Positions 19,519 to 27,683 of a stretch of 64,000 nt of DNA are shown piece after piece. Under the pieces are notes generated by a model that had not been told where the DNA came from, made no database searches, and saw only the letters and a list, made by a program, of their open reading frames with translations. How positions within the stretch are numbered: the stretch's first letter is position 1; the number at the start of each line of letters is the position of its first letter. Origin of the DNA: Escherichia phage FL18; the sequence record PP400780; one strand, 5' to 3'. The position numbers and the translations under genes were made by a program.

Positions 19519-20154
19519 ATGAAAACTACTCCTATTACTATCGCTATTGACGCAATCATAAAACAAGCTTCTTCTTTGGCCGCTATGGCCAAAGTAATTA
19601 GTCAAAACCCTGCTCGTTATAATGCTATTCTAGAAACTCTTCGACGCCCTGGACTTAGTAATTATGAAAGCCGGGTAATTATTACAGGTGTTGGTAAGAA
19701 TGCTAATATCGCAACTAAAGCTTCCGAGACATTTGCTTCACTAGGTATTCCTAGCATGTATTTGAACACTGGGCATTATTCTCACGGTGATGCAGGATTC
19801 ATTGCGCCTAATGATGTGTTGATTCATATTAGTCGTTCTGGTAAGACTGAAGAAATGATAGGTGTTGCTAAACATCTTCGTATGATTCGTCCTCAGGTTA
19901 AACAGATTCTGTTACATTGTAACCCAGACATTCCACAAGAATACGAAGCTCTTTTTGATTATACGTTCTGTACTGGCATCGCGGTAGAGGTTGATGAGAA
20001 TTCTCTGGCTCCGACTATGTCCACTACATTGTTGTTAGCGCTTATCGATACGTTTGCTATCAACCTTTCGTCTGAACGTGGATTTACCTCTAATGATTTC
20101 CTTAAGTTCCATCCAGGCGGTGCACTAGGTGCCATGTTACGAGGCGAACAATGA
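19519..20154 (+). CDS. SIS-domain sugar-phosphate isomerase, arabinose-5-phosphate isomerase-like (KdsD/KpsF N-domain)
   Basis: 211 aa; VIITGVGKNANIATK, HGDAG, HISRSGKTEE, FHPGGALG match the KdsD/GutQ SIS signature; no CBS domains. Confidence 0.8.
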   Translation: MKTTPITIAIDAIIKQASSLAAMAKVISQNPARYNAILETLRRPGLSNYESRVIITGVGKNANIATKASETFASLGIPSMYLNTGHYSHGDAGFIAPNDVLIHISRSGKTEEMIGVAKHLRMIRPQVKQILLHCNPDIPQEYEALFDYTFCTGIAVEVDENSLAPTMSTTLLLALIDTFAINLSSERGFTSNDFLKFHPGGALGAMLRGEQ

Positions 20155-20280
20155 AAGCAATAACAATAGGACTTTTACTATTGATGCTTGTCATGACTAT
20201 CTACTGGAGCTTAACGGCTCCGGTAATGATTCCAACACTTGTAATTGGATGGATTATGATTGGACTACAAGCAAAGTATG

Positions 20281-20307
20281 AATGCTTTAACTAGAATAGT
20301 GTACAAT
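20281..20307 (+). promoter_or_regulatory. MotA-box middle promoter upstream of nucleotidyltransferase-kinase gene
   Basis: AATGCTTTAA box about 19-20 nt upstream of TACAAT -10. Confidence 0.45.
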
Positions 20308-20335
20308 ACTCCTACTTACCAATGAGGACTTTAAC

Positions 20336-22021
20336 ATGAAAAAAGCTGTTATTCTTGGTGCTGGACTGGCAACTCGTTTGTATCCAATAACGCATCATAT
20401 TCCTAAGGTGCTTGTTAACTATAAACAAGATACTATTCTGAGCAATTTGTATACAATTTATTCTGACCTTGGCGCAGATGAAATTATTGTAGTAGTTCAT
20501 TCAAAATTTGCTGAAACTGTTCGAGCTTATTGTGAACAAGAAGGGTTCAATGTGACTATTCGTACAGTTGATGAAGCGTATGGTTCTGCTTATGCTCTTG
20601 CTAAATTACACAAAGATTTAGACGGCCATAATGTAATTGTTAACTGGTGTGATATTATTCCTGATTTTGGTTCATGGTCTTGGAATGTTAACGCAATCTA
20701 TGTTAAGGGTGACGAATGTCGATATAATTTCGACGGTGAAAATATCACTAACGTAGGTTCAACAGGTGGTAATGTTGTAGGAATTTATCAGTTCAAAGAC
20801 TGGGAATTCTATATGGGTTCTACTGATGAGGAAATTCATGAATACTGCAAAGGACGTGATTTCGTAGAATTCCTTTACGGCAGCGCATTCAATAAATCAG
20901 AGCTTATGAATCTAATTGATTTAGGTGATATGCCTAAACTTGAAAAAGCTCATGAAGTTCGTGAACTTAATCGTAGTTTTAATGCAGTTGAAATTGGTGA
21001 AGAAACTGTAACTAAATTCGCATTAACCGAACAGGGTCGAGCTCTTCAGAAAGATGAGATTTCGTGGTATCTTAAAGTGAAATCAGATTCAGTTCCTCAG
21101 TTAGTTTCTGTTAATGAAAATAACTTTGAAATGGAACGCATTAAAGGTAAGCCTGCATTTGAATATATTAAATCCAAATCAAGTCTTGCTCGTCCACAAA
21201 TTGTTGATGCAATTTTAGATGCACTGAAATTCAGCACAGACACTTATTTTGTAAGTCCTGAAACTGTTCGTCGTGATTTCACTAAAGAATTCTATACGAA
21301 AGTTATTGATCGTTGTGAAAGCATTCAACCATTGATTGATTCATTTGGTAAAATCACACATGTGAACTACACTAAGATTGGACGTCTGAAGCCAATGCTG
21401 AAACAAGCTTTAGAACACCTCATTCGTTATCATAACCGTTCTCAGGGACAGTACTCTGTTATTCACGGTGACCCGAACTTCAGTAATACTATGATTACTG
21501 ATAATGGCGAAGTCAAGTTTATCGACCCTCGTGGATATTTTGGTGAAACCAAGATTTACGGGCCAAAATTGTACGATGAAGCTAAAGTGCTTTATGCTGT
21601 TTCAGGTTATGATGAATTCAATGCTAATCCGACCTGGGGGCAGTTTACTATTGATGAAACAACTTGTAATGTGACTATTAACATCAATCCATTAGTTTAC
21701 AAATATAGAAAGATGAGTTCGTTTAACGAGTATCATCATTTGGCAGTGGCAATTATCTGGATTGCATTAGGCGGTTATTTCAAGAATAATCCACTTAAAG
21801 CGGTAGCCGCATATTATAAAGGTATGGAACTTCTGACTAAGCAATTACGTAACATGGGCCGTGTACTTCAGGACGGCTCTATTAGTTATGACGTAGCAGA
21901 ACCTGTAACGGCTACTCTGATTACAAAAAATCCTGGTAAATGGGTACTAACTGATAAAGAAACTGGTGTTTCCTATCGTCCAATCGGTGGCGATATCACT
22001 CATCAATGGGAACGAATCTAA
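20336..22021 (+). CDS. bifunctional sugar-1-phosphate nucleotidyltransferase / APH-fold sugar kinase
   Basis: 561 aa; N-terminal AVILGAGLATRLYPIT nucleotidyltransferase loop; C-terminal HGDPNFSN...FIDPRG phosphotransferase catalytic/Mg loops. Confidence 0.75.
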   Translation: MKKAVILGAGLATRLYPITHHIPKVLVNYKQDTILSNLYTIYSDLGADEIIVVVHSKFAETVRAYCEQEGFNVTIRTVDEAYGSAYALAKLHKDLDGHNVIVNWCDIIPDFGSWSWNVNAIYVKGDECRYNFDGENITNVGSTGGNVVGIYQFKDWEFYMGSTDEEIHEYCKGRDFVEFLYGSAFNKSELMNLIDLGDMPKLEKAHEVRELNRSFNAVEIGEETVTKFALTEQGRALQKDEISWYLKVKSDSVPQLVSVNENNFEMERIKGKPAFEYIKSKSSLARPQIVDAILDALKFSTDTYFVSPETVRRDFTKEFYTKVIDRCESIQPLIDSFGKITHVNYTKIGRLKPMLKQALEHLIRYHNRSQGQYSVIHGDPNFSNTMITDNGEVKFIDPRGYFGETKIYGPKLYDEAKVLYAVSGYDEFNANPTWGQFTIDETTCNVTININPLVYKYRKMSSFNEYHHLAVAIIWIALGGYFKNNPLKAVAAYYKGMELLTKQLRNMGRVLQDGSISYDVAEPVTATLITKNPGKWVLTDKETGVSYRPIGGDITHQWERI

Positions 22022-22407
22022 TGCACCGTGTAGAAAACATGCTTAATCTTTGTTTTGATGTCGATGATTGTATAACAGAGTGGAATAACAATCGTGATTA
22101 CGTGAACTTCAAACCTGACGTCGAAATGGTGTCTGCCATTAATGCCCTGTATGATGCAGGGCATACCATAACGCTTTACACTGCTCGCGGTATGAAGTCA
22201 GTAGGTCCTGGACGTATAGCAATTGACATTCTCCCAAGTCTGATTCAGAACTTGGAAAACATTGGTTTGAAGTACCATAATTTGCTAACACATAAACCAG
22301 TATATGATTGGATTATCGACGACAAAGCTATGCGTCCTGACGAATTCAAAGCTCTTATGAATAAAGGCGAATTCGAAACATTTAAATCGTATAAACCGAA
22401 TCTATAA
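22021..22407 (+). CDS. HAD-superfamily phosphatase (KdsC-like size)
   Basis: 128 aa from ATG overlapping upstream stop (TAATG); HAD motif I CFDVDDCIT. Confidence 0.65.
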   Translation: MHRVENMLNLCFDVDDCITEWNNNRDYVNFKPDVEMVSAINALYDAGHTITLYTARGMKSVGPGRIAIDILPSLIQNLENIGLKYHNLLTHKPVYDWIIDDKAMRPDEFKALMNKGEFETFKSYKPNL

Positions 22408-22463
22408 TAATTTAAGTAAGACCTGCAAAAACCATCGCGTCAATTAACGTGAGATGCAAAAAA

Positions 22464-23624
22464 ATGAATACTTTTAAAATTGGAACGAATTTTGATTTAG
22501 CTCTTCTTGATAAAATCGTAGAGCTCAATAAAACTTATCCTAATAGCTTGATAAACGAAGTATACGGCTCTACAAGAGAAATGGCTTTTGTAGCAGCCAG
22601 ACCTGATTTTAGGCTTCCTGACGTTGACAAAAAGATGTTAGAAGATTACGTTAAACGTTGTAACGAATTAGGTATTTGCTTTAACTATACACTCAACACG
22701 ATAAATCCTGGTTCAAAAAGAGAACTAGTTGAGTGGAAGAAGAAAGCTATTCAGGATTATGTTCAGTATCTTTGGTCAATAGGTGTATGGCGTATTACTA
22801 TCGCTAACCCTGTTGTTATGGAAATTGTTCGTGAAGTCAATAAAGACATTGAGATTGAAGTTTCAACAATTCTACATGTCGATGCTGTAACTCAAATCAA
22901 ATACTTGCATGACCAGTATAATATCAAAAAGGTCTGCTGTGGAATTCATAAGAACCGTTCAGTTTCTTTCCTGAAGCGTGCAGCAGAGTTTTGCAATAAG
23001 AACAATATAATATTTGAAGTTCTTGTAAATGAGTTCTGTTCTAATGCTGGTAAAGGGTATACAACACATTGTAGCTATCGTGACTCTTGCTATATTTTCC
23101 ATAGTACTGATGTTACAGCTGATGATGCTAAATCCTTAAACGGATATCCTATGCAGCACTGTATTAAAGCTCGTGATACAGACCCATTTAACTGGTTGAG
23201 AACTCGTTTTGTTCGTCCTCAAGATTTGAAACTTTATAATGATATTGGTATCACTCAATTCAAAGTTTCAGGACGTACAGGTAGCACAGACTACATTTTG
23301 AAAGTTCTTGAAGCATACGCTTCTGAAAAGTTTGAAGGTAATTTGTTAGAACTGTGGAAGCCTTTAGAGACTATTTTCACTCTTGAAAACGAAACTGAGT
23401 TTTCACATACAGTAAATATTGAAACCTCTTTGTTAGATGGCTTTTTAGAAAAAAGGTGGTTCAGACATCCAGATTTCGATTGTGCTAATGAAATCTGCGG
23501 GACGACGTGTACATATTGTGAAAGATATTATAAACGTCAATTATCTAAAAACGGGTTAGCAGAAAACTCTATATCTATTATTGATATAACTAACTCTGAT
23601 GACGCTTTGAGGTACCCGGAATGA
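22464..23624 (+). CDS. U32-peptidase-family-like protein (TIM-barrel, Cys-rich)
   Basis: 386 aa from first ATG; N-terminal VYGS..FVAAR..NYTLNT resembles U32 barrel; EFCSNAGKGYTTHCSYRDSC cysteine cluster; family assignment tentative. Confidence 0.45.
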   Translation: MNTFKIGTNFDLALLDKIVELNKTYPNSLINEVYGSTREMAFVAARPDFRLPDVDKKMLEDYVKRCNELGICFNYTLNTINPGSKRELVEWKKKAIQDYVQYLWSIGVWRITIANPVVMEIVREVNKDIEIEVSTILHVDAVTQIKYLHDQYNIKKVCCGIHKNRSVSFLKRAAEFCNKNNIIFEVLVNEFCSNAGKGYTTHCSYRDSCYIFHSTDVTADDAKSLNGYPMQHCIKARDTDPFNWLRTRFVRPQDLKLYNDIGITQFKVSGRTGSTDYILKVLEAYASEKFEGNLLELWKPLETIFTLENETEFSHTVNIETSLLDGFLEKRWFRHPDFDCANEICGTTCTYCERYYKRQLSKNGLAENSISIIDITNSDDALRYPE

Positions 23625-23860
23625 TTTCTAGAAAAACTTTTAATCACCAACTTAATGAAGAGATTTTGACTACGAAACTGAACACTAACGAACAAATTCT
23701 TAAAAAGGCCCTTATGGGCCTGTTTGAAACCAAAGCGGCTAAAGTGATTAAAGGACCTGTTCAATTAGAATATTACGCTGATACATTTCTTCATAGTGTT
23801 CTTGGAAGTATCGATGCTGAAGCTTTACGTTATATCAACATTGCCAAGAAATTCAAATAA
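23621..23860 (+). CDS. hypothetical protein (79 aa)
   Basis: ATGA-coupled ORF inside the cassette. Confidence 0.5.
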   Translation: MISRKTFNHQLNEEILTTKLNTNEQILKKALMGLFETKAAKVIKGPVQLEYYADTFLHSVLGSIDAEALRYINIAKKFK

Positions 23861-23883
23861 GCTTTACGAATTGAGTATATAAT
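23859..23883 (+). promoter_or_regulatory. MotA-box middle promoter upstream of hydroxymethylase gene
   Basis: AAGCTTTAC box about 18 nt upstream of TATATAAT. Confidence 0.4.
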
Positions 23884-23902
23884 AAATTGTATTGAGGTAA
23901 AC

Positions 23903-24619
23903 ATGGGGAAACATAACACAATGAAATATATCAAAGCCGCAGATTTTCAAACCGCATTTAAAGCAGTCAATCGTGAAATTTTAGAAAACCCGGAATTCGT
24001 AACTGATTCTCGTATTGGACGTTGTAATGAAATTGGGTCTATGACAGTAGTTGTTGACACTCCATCATCATTCAAAATGACTGACCCACGTATTAACCGC
24101 ATCTCTTATGAATATGCCGAAGACTTCTGGAAGTTTATGATTTCTGGTGGTACCAACGCAGAAGAAGCGTTTAAGGCATATCCTAATGTCGCTAAATTTA
24201 TTTCTAAACCAAAATCAGATGTTTTGCCGGCGAACTTCAATACTTTCTATGGTCCTCGCATTGCGGCCCAATTACCAGCTCTTCTAAAAGAACTTAAAGA
24301 GAAGCCTAACTCTCGAAGAGTTGTGTTCCAAATTCTAGAAAGTTCTGATCAGGCTTTGCTTGATTCGGATGAAACGCTTGAATATCCATGTACTGACTCA
24401 GTGACTTATTATATTCGTGATGGTAAGCTTTATACCCACTGTCATATGCGTTCTCAGAACTGTGCTGTTGTTATGCAGTTGGATTTTTATCTCCAAGGAA
24501 AATTACTTCATTATATCGCTAACGAATGCGGTGTAGAAGTTGGTGATTATACTCATACCATGGTAAGTGCCCATGTGTTTGAACGTGATTTTGATTATGT
24601 TAAAGGATTCCTTGACTAA
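23903..24619 (+). CDS. thymidylate-synthase-fold pyrimidine hydroxymethylase, divergent (gene 42 position; likely dCMP hydroxymethylase)
   Basis: 238 aa; PNSRRVVFQIL, catalytic-Cys context YPCTDSVTYYIRDGKL, MRSQN, HTMVSAHVFERDF align with T4 gp42/TS motifs but overall divergent. Confidence 0.65.
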   Translation: MGKHNTMKYIKAADFQTAFKAVNREILENPEFVTDSRIGRCNEIGSMTVVVDTPSSFKMTDPRINRISYEYAEDFWKFMISGGTNAEEAFKAYPNVAKFISKPKSDVLPANFNTFYGPRIAAQLPALLKELKEKPNSRRVVFQILESSDQALLDSDETLEYPCTDSVTYYIRDGKLYTHCHMRSQNCAVVMQLDFYLQGKLLHYIANECGVEVGDYTHTMVSAHVFERDFDYVKGFLD

Positions 24620-25518
24620 TGGCTATTTTCCGCGTACCAATCTTGAGTATGCGGTCTTATGAAACTGGACAGTATGCTATCCTTAAGGATGGCAACTTCC
24701 AACTTCATTTGCACCGTGCTAATCCGGGTGATGTGATTACATATCCACGTAATGCATCTGATATTAAAGAATGCGAACGTCTTTTCCCAGAATTTAAGTT
24801 TGTTCCATTATGGTATAAAGATAACGCTTATAACACTCGTAAATATTTCTGGTCTGAAAATGAATTTGTGGTTGATTCATTAATTGCTTATTATGATTGC
24901 GATTTTCTAATCACAGATATAACTGGATATGACGGCGCTTTTGATGTAGAATTCAATTTCAATATCACTGCAGACCCTAATAAACCACGTTTTTATATTG
25001 ACGAATTCTTAAAAACCGACATGTTGTCGGTTAATCGTTCAATCCAAACAACTGTGTTGAATGAACGTCAAAAAGAAGTGCTGGTTAACGCAGGTGCAGA
25101 TGGTAATAAGATTATCGTAACGCAGAAAGTTATACGTCCTTCCATCATGCAGCGTCTTGTAGGTGATTTGGCTCCTATTTATCTAGATGGTATTTTTCAT
25201 CCATTTCGAATTAGTGACCCGTGCTATCGTTTTGAACAAGTGGTTGAATGTGCAATTCAATTAGGTCAACCGCTTTATATAACCGATCCAAATAATAGCT
25301 TTGACAGAAATAAGTATCCTGAAGAAGCGTTGATTCGAATTTTTAAACCAACTAAAACTGAGTACTATCAAATTCTTAAAGGACGTCCGAAGATTCAATA
25401 TTTCGAAAATCCTGAAGAGGTATTTCATCCAGGTCTTGGTGAGTTCATCTACTTTAATGCTTTAATTTCTTCACCGTATAATATACCTAAATATGAAGAT
25501 GTCGTAATCGAGGAATAA
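24619..25518 (+). CDS. hypothetical protein at beta-glucosyltransferase locus (candidate DNA sugar transferase)
   Basis: 299 aa; no similarity to T4 beta-gt noticed; function by position only. Confidence 0.5.
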   Translation: MAIFRVPILSMRSYETGQYAILKDGNFQLHLHRANPGDVITYPRNASDIKECERLFPEFKFVPLWYKDNAYNTRKYFWSENEFVVDSLIAYYDCDFLITDITGYDGAFDVEFNFNITADPNKPRFYIDEFLKTDMLSVNRSIQTTVLNERQKEVLVNAGADGNKIIVTQKVIRPSIMQRLVGDLAPIYLDGIFHPFRISDPCYRFEQVVECAIQLGQPLYITDPNNSFDRNKYPEEALIRIFKPTKTEYYQILKGRPKIQYFENPEEVFHPGLGEFIYFNALISSPYNIPKYEDVVIEE

Positions 25519-25519
25519 A

Positions 25520-26068
25520 ATGGCTAAAATTATTTTAGTAGATGGCCCGGATAATGCTGGTAAAACAACTTTCATTAATGACATAATGGAAATTAGTGAA
25601 AGATATGTAAAAATTGATTTCCCTAAACGAACAGTTGATGGACGTTTCGATGTTAAGTCTCGAAATGAAGTTGGCTGTTTTGAAACGATGTTGAATTATT
25701 TAGACCCTACTAAGATTTATCTGTTAGACCGTGGATATATTAGTAACTGGGTTTACGGACGTATTCGACAAGATGCGGACTCGGTTCTTGACGTTTATGA
25801 ACAGGATTATATTCGTCTTTGCCAAAACCATGATGTGTTCACAATTATTTTAACACGTAACGAAATGACTGAAAGTTTTGAAGACGACCTTATTACTTTG
25901 TCTTCATTCGGTTTTAATACAGTCATTTCACATTTTGAAGAGTTTGCAATTCATAACAAAATCCAAACGTATCAATTACTTAATCATGATGGTGCTAACA
26001 AAGTTATAGGATTTAATGCAAGCGAACGTAATGGTTTGATTACAGAAATCATCAAATGGGCTCGTTAA
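25520..26068 (+). CDS. P-loop nucleotide kinase, thymidylate-kinase-like
   Basis: 182 aa; Walker A VDGPDNAGKTT, LLDRGY (DRY/H-like) motif. Confidence 0.65.
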   Translation: MAKIILVDGPDNAGKTTFINDIMEISERYVKIDFPKRTVDGRFDVKSRNEVGCFETMLNYLDPTKIYLLDRGYISNWVYGRIRQDADSVLDVYEQDYIRLCQNHDVFTIILTRNEMTESFEDDLITLSSFGFNTVISHFEEFAIHNKIQTYQLLNHDGANKVIGFNASERNGLITEIIKWAR

Positions 26069-26085
26069 GAGCCATTTAAAGTTTT

Positions 26086-26113
26086 AAATGCTGTATAACC
26101 CTTAGTATATAAT
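26086..26113 (+). promoter_or_regulatory. MotA-box middle promoter upstream of uvsX
   Basis: AATGCTGTA box about 20 nt upstream of TATATAAT. Confidence 0.45.
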
Positions 26114-26167
26114 CATCTTATCTTTTAAACATGAGTAAAATATAATGATGCCTATGGAAAAAATACA

Positions 26168-27340
26168 ATGTCTGATTTAAAATCTCGTCTGATTAAAGCT
26201 TCTACTTCTAAAATGACTGCAGACTTGACTAAGTCTAAGCTGTTTAATAATCGTGATGAAGTCCCTACTCGTATTCCGATGTTGAATATTGCACTAGGTG
26301 GTGCTCTGAATGCAGGATTGCAATCAGGCTTGACTATTTTTGCTGCACCTTCTAAACACTTTAAAACGTTGTTTGGACTGACCATGGTTGCAGCATATAT
26401 GAAGAAATATAAAGATGCAATCTGTTTGTTTTATGACTCAGAATTCGGTGCTTCAGAATCTTATTTTCGTTCAATGGGTGTTGATTTAGACCGTGTAGTT
26501 CATACACCAATTCAGTCAGTCGAACAACTTAAAGTTGATATGACTAATCAGCTTGACGCTATTGAACGCGGTGATAAAGTTATTATCTTTATCGATTCAA
26601 TCGGTAATACTGCATCTAAGAAAGAAACCGAAGATGCATTGAACGAGAAAGTTGTAGGTGATATGTCTCGTGCTAAGGCACTTAAATCTCTTTTCCGTAT
26701 TGTGACTCCTTATCTGACTATTAAAGATATTCCATGTGTTGCAATCAACCATACCGCAATGGAAATTGGTGGATTGTACCCTAAAGAGATTATGGGCGGC
26801 GGTACAGGTATTCTTTACTCGGCTAACACTGTATTCTTTATCTCTAAACGTCAGGTTAAGGATGGCACTGAATTGACCGGTTATGACTTCACGTTGAAAG
26901 CAGAAAAATCTCGTACAGTTAAAGAGAAATCTACTTTCCCAATCACAGTTAATTTTGATGGTGGTATCGACCCATTCAGTGGCTTGTTAGAAATGGCAAC
27001 TGAAATCGGTTTTGTAGTTAAGCCTAAAGCTGGTTGGTATGCTCGTGAATTCCTTGACGAAGAAACAGGTGAAATGATTCGTGAAGAGAAATCATGGCGT
27101 GCTAAAGCTACTGATTGTGTAGAATTCTGGGGTCCTTTGTTTAAACACAAACCTTTCCGAGATGCAATTGAAACTAAATATAAACTAGGTGCTATCTCTT
27201 CTATTAAAGAAGTTGATGACGCTGTTAATGACCTTATTAATTGCAAAGCAACAACTAAAGTTCCGGTTAAAACTTCTGATGCTCCGTCTGCAGCAGATAT
27301 AGAAAACGACCTTGACGAAATGGAAGATTTCGATGAATAA
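26168..27340 (+). CDS. uvsX: RecA-like recombinase UvsX
   Basis: 390 aa, close match to T4 UvsX as recalled (MSDLKSRLIKASTSK..., acidic C-terminus). Confidence 0.95.
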   Translation: MSDLKSRLIKASTSKMTADLTKSKLFNNRDEVPTRIPMLNIALGGALNAGLQSGLTIFAAPSKHFKTLFGLTMVAAYMKKYKDAICLFYDSEFGASESYFRSMGVDLDRVVHTPIQSVEQLKVDMTNQLDAIERGDKVIIFIDSIGNTASKKETEDALNEKVVGDMSRAKALKSLFRIVTPYLTIKDIPCVAINHTAMEIGGLYPKEIMGGGTGILYSANTVFFISKRQVKDGTELTGYDFTLKAEKSRTVKEKSTFPITVNFDGGIDPFSGLLEMATEIGFVVKPKAGWYAREFLDEETGEMIREEKSWRAKATDCVEFWGPLFKHKPFRDAIETKYKLGAISSIKEVDDAVNDLINCKATTKVPVKTSDAPSAADIENDLDEMEDFDE

Positions 27341-27674
27341 TCTCGATGATTTAAATCTAGAAATCATTGATGAATCCCCTTCTTCGGAAGGGGAGGACAT
27401 TCGCAAAGAACGAGTGTTTAATGAATCTCTTAAAATTATCCGTTCAGCAATGGAAAATGTCATTCAAGAGATTCTGATTACACTTGAAGACGGTTCCCAT
27501 CATATAGTCTATATTACAAAACTAGACTGGGTTGATGGTAAAATCGTAATGGACTTTGCAGTTCTTGACCAGGACAGAAAAGCAGAACTTGCACCACATG
27601 TTGAAAAATGTGTTACAATGCAAGTACAACAAGCTTTTAATGAACGAACCAAGAAAAAATTTAAATTCTTTTAA
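27333..27674 (+). CDS. 40: gp40-like protein (head vertex assembly chaperone)
   Basis: 113 aa from ATG overlapping uvsX stop; position between uvsX and 41 as in T4. Confidence 0.6.
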   Translation: MNNLDDLNLEIIDESPSSEGEDIRKERVFNESLKIIRSAMENVIQEILITLEDGSHHIVYITKLDWVDGKIVMDFAVLDQDRKAELAPHVEKCVTMQVQQAFNERTKKKFKFF

Positions 27675-27683
27675 GGAGTTATC

